A stretch of 64,000 nucleotides of DNA from positions 1 through 64,000 of the forward strand of contig NW_026868080.1 of assembly GCF_020745735.1 (NCBI RefSeq), read 5' to 3'. This stretch comes from Hemiscyllium ocellatum (lineage: Eukaryota). Shown in pieces: positions 52,060 through 61,575 of the stretch (position 1 is its first letter; the number at the start of each line of letters is the position of its first letter). Under the pieces are notes generated by a model. The model was not told the DNA's origin. It saw only the letters and a program-made list of their open reading frames with translations, and did no database searches. Made by a program: the position numbers and the translations under genes.

Positions 52060-52420
52060 TGAGATCCTTGTTTACTGGTCTGTATTGGAGGATCCATTCA
52101 CAAAGAGTCACATCTTTACTGGTCTGTATTGGAGGAGCCAGTTTGAAGCTCGTCTATATTTACTGGTCTGGACTGGAGAGTTCAAAGAAATGGAGGCCTT
52201 TCTCTCCTGGTTTCTATTGGAGGGCCCAGTAGGAATAAGGTCCATGTTAACTAGGCTCTGCTCGAGTATTCAGTGGGAAATAGACCCATATTTACTGGTC
52301 TCCATTGGAGGCTCCAGCGGCAAAGATGCCTATGTTTAATGGTCTCTACTGGAGAGTTCTGTGGGAATGAATTCCATGCTTACTGGTCTCCACTGGACAG
52401 TCCAGTGGGACATGGATACT
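52060..52420 (-). repeat. Paralogous 43-44-bp minisatellite (continues at about 50840-50960)
   Basis: Recurrent ATGTTTACTGGTCTC units, the reverse complement of the 24.7-kb array. Confidence 0.75.
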
Positions 52421-52869
52421 GTAGTGAGTGTGGGGCTCATTTCCTTTCTGTAGTAACTGTGTGATGGTCCAATCCTCATACCAATAAAACTGGAGCTTGA
52501 CCATGGAAGGGAAAGGTGAGGGGAAAGGATTGGAACATGTTGTGAATGGATAGGATGGGTCAATGGGTCAGATCCTGTCCTATCCCTCCAGGTCATACTG
52601 ATGGCCTGAGGATCTCCTCCCTCTGCTGGGCTTTCATGGAATGAGATTTGTGTCCAAACCAGTCCCCAGGAAGAATGGGCCAACAGCACAGAATTGCCCT
52701 TCATTTGACAAGAATCTGACCGTCTTCCTGAGAGAGGCCAAACCCTGGTCAATGTGGGAAATGGGCCTTTATTCCAGGAGTAGACATACTCCTGGTGTCA
52801 AGGGTTAACATCCATTAGATTTGGAGGAGATATAACCTGTATTTAACTTTTACCACTTGGGACCTTGTT

Positions 52870-52888
52870 GGAAAGGCAGAGAGTGTGC

Positions 52889-52924
<36 letters not shown>

Positions 52925-53190
52925 GTTGACGAGAGAGACATAGAAGGGCAGGGTGTGAAAGTGAGAGAGAGCAGGATAAAGAATCTCAGGCAGTGTAAGA
53001 TGAGTAAAAGCGGGGGAGAGAGAGAGGTAGAGAGAGGTAGAGATGGTGGAGTTGAAGAATAGAGATAGAGCGAGATAGAGTATGAGACAGTGTGACTGAG
53101 AGAGAGGGGACAGAGAGAGAGACAGACAGACAGAGTAGGTGTGAGACAAAGAGTAGAGGCAATCCAGTGAAAGAGAGAGACAGACGTGCA
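52870..53190 (+). repeat. (GT)n(GA)n microsatellite and GA-rich tract
   Basis: Visible dinucleotide runs; counterpart of the CT-rich tract at 23650-24200. Confidence 0.8.
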
Positions 53191-53490
53191 GAGATGTTCT
53201 GGTCACCATATTATGAGAAAGATATGACTGTACTCGAGATGGTGCAAAGATTTCCCAGGATGCTGCCTGGCCTGGAGGGTGTGAGCTATGAGGAAGGATT
53301 GGAAAGTTTGGGATTGTTTCTCTTGGAGCAGTGAAGGTTGAGAGGGAACCTGCTGAAGGGCAAAAAGATTATGAGAGGCAGGGATAGAGTGGACAGGAAG
53401 GCAACTTTTTCCATGAATAGAGGGATCAATATCCAGGGACAGAGATTGGAGATTACACAGACATACAAAGATAGAAATAGAGAGCAGGAG

Positions 53491-53531
53491 TAGGGTTAGG
53501 TTTAGGGTTAGGGTTAGGGTAAGGGTTAGGG
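53491..53531 (+). repeat. Short interstitial telomeric array (TTAGGG)n
   Basis: TAGGG TTAGGT TTAGGG TTAGGG TTAGGG TAAGGG TTAGGG. Confidence 0.92.
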
Positions 53532-53639
53532 ATTGGCCCTGTGAGTCTGTTCTGCCATTCAATATGACCATGGCTGATCCTCTCCCTCAATGCCAAGCTG
53601 GGATTGATGTTGCTAGATCATTGATGATCAGTAGAGACT

Positions 53640-54151
53640 TGTTAAATGCTGTTCATGTCATTGAACTTTTGATTGAGAGAGACACAGAAGACACACACAG
53701 ACAGAGACAGAGAGCAAGTGTACATTGTGAGATTGAGTGAGAGAGGGCGAGGCATTTAATTGCTGCCCCAGGACTCACTGTTCCAATGTCCTGGAATAAT
53801 GCCTGCTAGAGAGTGACTGGAGGGAGGGAAACAAAGAGAGAGTGAGGCAATTAGAGATTGAGGGTATAAGGAGAGAATGAGTGAGGAATTAGGTAGTAAT
53901 ATAAGTGAAGGAGAAGAATGAATGATCAGAAAGAGAGAGAGAGAGAGACCAACCAAAACAGAAGGGAGGGAGATAAACAGAATGTCAAACATACATGGAA
54001 AAAAGGAAAGATATAAGTAGTTATATAATTGGGAGAGGACAGAGTTGGAGACGGAAATAGAAAAAGAGAGAGAAAGTCAACGAATAACAAGAACGTATAC
54101 AAGAGAAGGGTGAGAAAGAGAAAAAAGGGAAAAGGGAGAAAGAAAAGAAAG

Positions 54152-54183
<32 letters not shown>
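53640..54183 (+). repeat. GA-rich polypurine low-complexity tract ending in (GA)n next to the V2 promoter
   Basis: Strong purine skew; (GA)n at about 54156-54182. Confidence 0.85.
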
Positions 54184-54187
<4 letters not shown>

Positions 54188-54340
54188 AAGTGTGAGGGGC
54201 TGACGTGGCTCTCTCTGCCTGATGCCATTTACATACTGAGGAACACCCAGTCAGACTCTCACAGGCTGCAGCTTTATAAAGCAGAGCCCAGTGAAGGGAG
54301 AGTTTATCAGGAGCCAGGCACAGGGACAGGAGCACACACC
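54182..54340 (+). promoter_or_regulatory. V2 promoter: PU-box, TGACGT, octamer variant, TATA
   Basis: AAGAGGAAGTG 54182-54192, TGACGT 54201-54206, ATTTACAT 54227-54234, TATAAA 54275-54280, ATG at 54341. Confidence 0.82.
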
Positions 54341-54389
54341 ATGATTACACACATCCAGCTGATCTGGCCCCTGGCATTCTGTGTCGCAG
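54341..54389 (+). CDS. Leader exon of V2 (MITHIQLIWPLAFCVA-G)
   Basis: 49-nt exon, GT donor at 54390-54391, intron to the AG at 54573-54574. Confidence 0.95.
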
Positions 54390-54574
54390 GTACAAATCTC
54401 TCTCCTTCCACCTTGAATCTTCGCTGCTCTCCATTTCACTCCAATTCCACTGACTTGTGATTGAAGGGAAAATGCTGAAACCAGAGGAATGCTCAGTGTC
54501 TCCAACAATCTCTCATTTGACCGGCTCTTTCTGTGACAGTTCTGACTTCACTGTGTTTCTCTCTGACCCCTCAG

Positions 54575-54885
54575 GTATCAATGGGGAGATTATCATGACC
54601 CAGTCTCCCCCGGTGCTGTCAGTGGAACTGGGCCAGACTGCAACCATCACCTGTACGGCCAGTCAAAGCATTAGCAGCTACCTCAGTTGGTACCAGCAGC
54701 GAGAAGGTCAGAAACCCTCTCTCCTGATCTATGCTGCAACATCTCGATTCACAGGAGTCTCCGAGCGATTCACCGGCAGTGGATCAGGGACCAGTTACAC
54801 CCTGACAATCAGCAACGTTCAGAGTGAGGATGTCGCTGACTATTACTGTCAGCAGGATTACAGCTGGTATAGCAGCTCCGCTCAA
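54575..54885 (+). CDS. IGKV: V kappa exon of cluster 2, open, unrearranged, likely functional
   Basis: (G)[103 protein letters not shown]. Conserved Cys, WYQQ and YYC are present. Confidence 0.97.
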
Positions 54886-54913
54886 CACAGTGATACAGAG
54901 CCATACCAAAACC
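54886..54913 (+). other. 12-RSS of V2
   Basis: CACAGTG 54886-54892, ATACAGAGCCAT (12 nt), ACCAAAACC 54905-54913 (one mismatch). Confidence 0.96.
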
Positions 54914-55345
54914 TCAAGACACACAGCACCACCTCATGCACTGACACATCAATCAGTTATATAAAATGTATAATAATGGACACACAGTCCCACAGCCTGA
55001 ACTGACACATCCACAATTAGATACAAATGAAACTGAACAAATTACCCCATGCTGGGATTGTAACTGTCCATGACACACTCCAGTCCCTGTGGTGTCCACC
55101 GCTCACTGAAGGCCTCAAGTTTCCCTCTGACACTCCATGACCACGCGTGAAGAACAGCTGCAAGATTTAATATCGAAAAATAAATTTCACAAAGCTCCCA
55201 AGCCCAGCTGGACACAGAGAGAGATGGAGACAGAAAGACACATGAATGAGGGAGAGACAGAGAGGGGCAGAAAGAAGTTGAGAGTGAACGAGAGACTGGG
55301 AGACAGGGAGAGGTTGAGAGTGATGGGGGGGAAGCAGAGAGCAGA

Positions 55346-55384
55346 GGTTTTTGTACAGCCTCTGCACTGGGAACTCTCACTGTG
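55346..55384 (+). other. 23-RSS of J2 (perfect)
   Basis: GGTTTTTGT 55346-55354, 23-nt spacer, CACTGTG 55378-55384. Confidence 0.97.
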
Positions 55385-55419
55385 GGACACGTTCGGTAAA
55401 GGAACCAAGCTCAGACTGA
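55385..55419 (+). CDS. IGKJ: J kappa segment of cluster 2, intact
   Basis: G GAC ACG TTC GGT AAA GGA ACC AAG CTC AGA CTG A = DTFGKGTKLRL, with a GTAAGT donor at 55420. Confidence 0.97.
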
Positions 55420-55864
55420 GTAAGTAAACCTCAATCCTCTGTTATTAACCCTTTCAATACTGAAACACACTTTCTAAAATACAGTTACTGATTTGTTGAA
55501 GGTGTTAGTGGGGAGCTGCAGTGAACGAAATGGTTGATTAAGGAGCACTGTGTCTAACAGTTGTCCAACCGTACCACTTCAGTTCCATTGCCCCCTTTAA
55601 GAAGCAAGATATAAGTCAGTCAGTTTTACTCACCGTGTGGAGGAGCTCTGTCCATTTGCAGCCTGTGGTCCCATTCCTGCAGCATGGAGTGAAATCAGTG
55701 AGTAGCCTCCTGCCAGTCTCAGTGTGACGGACACGGGGCAGAGTTTGATGTGAGCTCTGGCTCCCTGTCCCAGTCTCTGATCTCACTGACCTCAGCAGCA
55801 GCAGCAGCAGCACAGTGAGACACCGAGCTCCCACCTCCCCCAGCTTTAACTCTGCTCAATCACA

Positions 55865-58260
55865 CAATCACAGAATAGTTACAGTGCACAAGGAGGCCAT
55901 TCCGTCCATCCTGTCTGTCATGGTTCTCCGACTGAGCAATTCACTGAGTGTCATTCTCCTGCCTTCTCCCTGTCACCCTGCACATTGTTCCTTTTCAAAT
56001 AACAGTCTCATTCCCTTCGGAATGTTTTAATTGAAGCTGCCTCCACCACACTCTTAGGCAGTGCATTCCACACCTTAACCACCCACTGGCTGAAAATGTT
56101 GTTCCCCCTCTCACTTTTGTTACTTTTACTTATTACTTTAAATCTGTGTTCTCTCGGTCTCAATCCTTTCTCAATTGGGAACATTTTCTCCCTATTTACC
56201 CTGTCCAGGCCCCTCCTGGTTTTAATTCCTCAAACAAATCTCCTCTCAGCCTTCGCCAAAGAAGACAGTCCCAAATTCTCCAATCAATCTGTATAACTGA
56301 TGTTCCTCATCCCTGGAAGGATCTTCAGGAATATTTTTTGCCATTTCTACAAAACTTCAGCTCCTTCCTGAATTATTCACATTTTCTATGACCCTCATGA
56401 TTTTATAAACCTTTACAAGGTCACTCCTCAGACTCTTACGTGTCAGAATAAAAAGTTTCAGCTTTTCCAGCTTCTCATCGTCATGGAGTCATACAGCGTG
56501 GAAACAGACCTTTCAGTTCAACTTGTCCATGATAACCAGATATCCTAAATCACCTCATCCCATTTGCCAGCATTTTGCTTACATTCCTCAAAACCCTTCC
56601 GATTCATGTACCCATCCCAATGCGTTTTAAATGCTGTAATAGTATCTGCCTCCAATACTTACTCTGGCAGCTCGATCCAGACACATACCACCCTCTGTGT
56701 GACAAGTTACCCCTCAGGTCCCTTTTGAATATTTTGCCTCTCACCTTAAACCTATGCCATCTTGTTTTGGACTCCCTTTCCCAAAGAAAAGGCCTTGGAT
56801 ATACACCCTGTCCATGCCCCTCATGATTGTATAAACATCTATAAGGTCACCCCGAAGCCTTAGATGCTGTAGGAAAAATAGACCCAGTTTCTTCAGCCTT
56901 TCCCTATAGCTCAAACCCTCCAATTCCTGGCCATGTCCTTGTAAATCTTTTCTGCAGCTTTATAAGTTTAACAGCATCCTTCCTATTTTCAAGGTGATCA
57001 GGATTGTTCACATTATTGCCAAAGTGGCCTCACTAATCTCCTGTACAGCTGCAACATGATGTCCCAACTCCTATACTCAAAATAGTGACCAATAAAAGCA
57101 AGTGTACCCAACACCTTCTTCATCACCCTGTCTACTTGTGACCCCACTTTCAAGTAATAATGCACTTGCATCTTCAATCCGAGGTCTCTTTGTTCAGCAA
57201 CACTCCACAGGGCCCTCCCATTAACTGTCTAACTCCTGCCCTGGGTTGCCTTTCCAAAATGCAACATCTCACAGTTATCTAAACTGAACTCCATATGCTA
57301 CACCTCTGCCCATTGCCCCATCTGATGAAGGTCCCGCTGTACTCTGAGATGAATTTCTTCGCTATCCACTATCGTACCAATTTAGATATCATCTACAAAC
57401 TTACTGTAACTCCTATATTCACATCCAAATCATTTCTATAAAATAGTGAATCCAGCACCAATGTTAGTGGCACACAGCTATTCACAGATCTCCAGTCTGA
57501 AAAGCAACCTTTTACCACCACTCCTGTCTCCTATCTTCAATCCAATTTTTTTATCCCAATGGCTCACTCCCCCTGGATCCCATGTGGTCTAACCTTACTA
57601 ACCAGTCTATCATGTGGAACCTTGTCAAAAACTTTACTGAAGTCCATATTGACAATGTCTATTGTTCTATCTCCATAAATCTTCTTTGTCACCTCCTCAA
57701 TCAAATTCAGGAGACATGATTTCCTATGCATAAAACCACATTGATTATCCAAAGAATGTAAATCCTATCCCACAGAATCCACTCCAACATCTTACCCAAC
57801 ACTGACATCAGGCTCACTGGTCTATAATTCCCTGGCTTTTCCTTACAGTCTTTCTTTCTTAAATAATGGCATAACATTAGCCAACCTCTCTGGTTCTCCA
57901 GCACCTTACCCATAGTTGTCAGTGATACACATATCTCAGTAAGGGGCCCAGCAATCTCTTCCCTAGTTTGCCACAATGTTCTGGGATACACCTGATCAGG
58001 TCCTAGGGTTTATCTACTACTTTTATGTGTTTTCAGATCTTGAGCGTCTCCTCATTTGTGTGTGGTCTCTTTTCAAGACATCACTATTTTTCCAAATTCC
58101 CTAGCTTTCTCCACAATATATACTGACCTGAAATATTTGTTTGGGATCTCACCCATGTCTTGTGTCTTACCAAAATATAGCACTCACATGTATCTGAATT
58201 AAACTCCATCTGCCATTCCTCAGCCCACTGGCCCAGTTGATCAAGATTCCATTGTATTCT
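55865..58260 (-). mobile_element. Stacked CR1 fragments in the J-C intron of cluster 2
   Basis: Paralogous to 19620-21120, plus about 0.9 kb extra (57260-58180). Confidence 0.85.
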
Positions 58261-58284
58261 TAGACAGCCTTCTTCACTGCCAAT

Positions 58285-58640
58285 GATTAGATTAGAGCCT
58301 CTACGGGGTCGAAACAGGCCCTTCTGCCCAAAAAGTCCTCACCGATCCTCCGAAGAGTAACCCACCCAGACCCATTTCCCTCTCAGTAATGCATCTAACA
58401 CTGTGGGCAATTTAGCATGGCCAATTCACCTGACCTGAACATCTTTGGACCATGGGAGTAAACCAGAACACCCGGAGGAAACCCACGCAGACACAGGGAG
58501 AATGTGCAAACTCCACACAGACAGTTACCCAAGGCTGGAATCGAACCTGTGACCCTAGCTCTGAGAGGCTGCAGTGCTAACCACTGAGCCACCGTGCTGC
58601 CCCACCTGAGCCACCACTGAGCCACCGATGCCACCTGAAA
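58285..58640 (-). mobile_element. HE1-like SINE, arm-2 specific
   Basis: Empty site in arm 1 near 19625-19635. Confidence 0.85.
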
Positions 58641-58869
58641 ATTCACCTGAACACACTCTCACAACTCTGGGCCCTTCCTGCCCATTACACTGCTACTATC
58701 CCAGTCTATATTCAGAAGCTAAAGACCGCCCCGCCCATTTATAACAACTCTATCATATTTGCAGGTCTCTGTAAATTCATGCATTTGTATTCTCCACATC
58801 CTTCCCACTGGGAGGTGACTTATTGACTGAACTGAGGATTCTGTGTTCCTTTGTGTTCCTCTTTGACAT

Positions 58870-59740
58870 TCTCTCCTGGTTCGCACAGCCCTGCCAAGTT
58901 AGTTTAAACCCTCTCTAACTGCATGAGTAAACCACCTCACAAAAATCCAAAGACCTCCCTCATGGATCCTCTTTCCAGCCCCACAGTCACCTGTGCTCAC
59001 CTCCTGATTCTATTCTCACCTGCATGTAGCACTGGAAGTCATCCGGAGATTCCTCCTTTTCAGTTCCTGCTGCTAATTCCCTCCAGAGCTCCCAACCTTC
59101 TGACTGCAGGACCACGTTCCTTTTTCTCCATCCATCACTGGGACCAATGTGGACTATGACTGCTGGCTGTTCCCCCTCTCCCCTCAGGGTGCTCTGCAGC
59201 CGCTCAGTGACATCCTTGACCTTGGCATCAGAGAGACAACACACCATCCTGGATTCCCATCTGCAGCTGCAGAAACACCTATCGATGCCCTCACTCTCAA
59301 ATATCCTCTCACTATCGCTCTTCCAGTTTTCCTTCTGCCCTCCTGTATAGCTGAGCCCCCCCCCCCCCCGTGGTGCCAGGGACTTGGCTCTGGCTGCACT
59401 CCCCAGATGAACCATCATTCTCATCAGGATTCTGAACTGAATCCTAGTTGGAGAGTGGGAGGCACTCAGGGATTCCTGTACTAGCTGCCTGGTCCTTTTG
59501 GACTGTCTGCTGCTCCCCCATTCCCTCTCTCCCTGCATACTCTGAAGGTGCAGAGTGACCACATCTAGAAACGTGCTCTCCACGGAGCTCTCAGCCTCAC
59601 AGATGCTCTCCACTGACACCAGCTGCTGCTCAAGCTCCAGAACCTGGAGCTCCAACTGCTGTCACTGACCACACTTCCTGCACTCATGGTATTCCAGGAG
59701 CTGGGAAGCATTCTGAAGTTCCCACCTAAATGCACACTCT
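58870..59740 (-). mobile_element. CR1 ORF1 fragment (paralogue of 18430-19380)
   Basis: ORF 58987-59655 MELQVLELEQQLVSV...RGEGEQPAVIVHIG. Confidence 0.85.
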
Positions 59741-60662
59741 CTCCACTCTTTGGTTATCTGTTGATAAACAGCTACAGCAGGGCTCACAGTCCAGTAGGTT
59801 CAGTGTTCCAGGGTTTTGGGAAACTCTCCAGAAGACTTTAAGAAATAGGAGCAGAAATCAGCCATTCAGCCCATTGAATCTGCTCTGCAATTTGATCTTG
59901 GCAGATATGCTTCTCAACCCCATTCTCCTGCCTACTCCACAGGAATTTTCCATCCCCTTAACAATCACAAACCTATCTATCCCTGTCTTAAATACACTCA
60001 GTGACTTGGCCTCCACTGCCCTCTGTAGCAATAAGTTCAACAGATTCACCACCCTCTGGCTGAAGAGATTCACCCTTATCTCAACTCTAAAGAGTCGGCC
60101 CTTCATTCTGAGGCTGTGCCTTGGTTACCGAGTCTCTCCTGTTTTTGGAAACATCTTCTCTGCATCCACTCTATCCAGGCCTGTCAGTATTCTGTAAATT
60201 TCAATAAGATCCCTCTTCATCCTTCTAAAGTCCATTGAGTACAGACCCAGAGTCCTCAAGCACGCCTGATATGACAAGCCCTTCATTGCCAGGATCATTC
60301 TTGTAAACCCCTCCAATGCCAGTACATTGTTCTATTAAAATATGGGTCCCAAAAATGCCCACAATATTCCAAATACAGTTTGACCAGAGCCTTACACAGC
60401 CTCAGCAGTACATCTCTGCTCTTGTATTCTGGCCCTATTGAAATGAATGCTATCATTTCATTTGCCTTCTCAAGCACAAACTGGACCTGCCTGTTAACCT
60501 GAAGAGAAACCTGAATGAGGTTTGTGCTTTAGATTTCCAAAGGCTTTCCTCATTTAGCAAACAGTCTTTGTATTTCTTCTTGTGTTCTATCTGCCACTTC
60601 TTTGCCAACTCTCAGAGCCTATTAGGACCTTTTACAGCCTTCCCACTTCCTCAACACTACCT

Positions 60663-60983
60663 TTAGATTAGAGATTACTTTAGATTACTTACAGTGTGGA
60701 AACAGGCCCTTCGGCCCAACAAGTCCACACCGACCCACCGAAGCGAAACCCACCCATACCCCTACATTTACCCCTTACCTAACACTACGGGCAATTTACG
60801 TGGCCAATTCACCTGACCCGCACATCTTTGGACTGTGGAGGAAACCGGAGCACCCGGAGGAAACCCACGCAGACACGGGGAGAACGTGCAAACTCCTCAC
60901 AGTCAGTCGCCTGAGTTGGGAATTGAACCCAGGTCTCTGGCGCTGTGAGGCAGCACTGCTAACCACTGTGCCACCGTGCCGCC
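60663..60983 (-). mobile_element. Young HE1-like SINE, arm-2 specific
   Basis: Near-consensus GGCGGCACGGTGGCACAGTGGTTAGC head and a GTAATCTAA tail; empty site CACTACCT|GTCCCTCC in arm 1 at about 17478. Confidence 0.92.
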
Positions 60984-61384
60984 CCTCCTGTCCCTCCACC
61001 TATCTCATGTTGTCTGCAAACTTAGCAACAATGTCTTCACTTCCTTCATCCAGATTGTTAATGTATAACGTGAATAGTTATTGTCCCAACATTGACACCT
61101 GCAGAACTCTACCAGTCACCAGCTGCCATCTTTCCTCACTCTCTGCTTTATGCCAACCTGTCCGTTCTCAGTCCATGCCAGTACATTGCCCCTAACACCG
61201 TGGGCGCTTATCTTATGTCAAATACCTTCTGGAAATCAAAATACATTACTTCCTCGGACTCTCCTTTGCCTGACTGGCTCATTGCCTCCTCAAAGAATTC
61301 TAACACATTTGCCAGGCATGACCTCCCCTTGATGAAACCGTGTTGACTCAGCCCTATTTTTACCATTGCACTTCCAAGTCCACC

Positions 61385-61575
61385 GGGTGACACTGTGGCA
61401 CATTGGTTAGCACTGCTGCCTCACAGCGCCAGGGACCTGGGTTCAATTCCTGCCTCAGGCGACTGACTGTGTGGAGTTTGCATGTTCTCCCCGTGTCTGT
61501 GTGGGTTTCCTCCAGGTGCTCCGGTTTCCTCCCACAGTCCAAAGATGTGCGGGTCAGGTGAATTGGCCTTAGCCT
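61385..61575 (+). mobile_element. HE1-like SINE, 3'-truncated
   Basis: Head and body present; it replaces about 170 bp present in arm 1. Confidence 0.8.

Noticed and set aside
53756-54460. Long Arg/Glu/Lys-rich or Leu/Ser/Phe-rich ORFs (also 23788-24277 and 52850-53209)
   Set aside because: Translation artefacts of GA/CT low-complexity DNA.
54549-54555. CACTGTG heptamer in the leader-V intron (also about 22353)
   Set aside because: No nonamer at 12 or 23 nt; the 7-mer is frequent here and sits in the pyrimidine tract of the acceptor.
54575-55419. Possibility of a germline-joined VJ gene
   Set aside because: Both clusters keep separate V and J with facing 12/23 RSSs about 0.4-0.5 kb apart.
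55616-55834. Signal-peptide-like ORF MGARCLTVLLLLLLRS (also 21155-21349)
   Set aside because: It starts at GTG, the Leu run is a CTG microsatellite of variable length, and a 1-nt indel breaks the frame between the two copies. Treated as non-coding.
58987-59655. Longest ORFs (222, 189, 182, 176 aa) as host genes
   Set aside because: All are CR1 ORF1 esterase-like or ORF2 RT remnants with frameshifts and stops nearby.
60663-60983. tRNA-like A/B-box sequences as tRNA genes
   Set aside because: They are SINE heads continuing into a shared SINE body and LINE-type tail; no complete cloverleaf seen.
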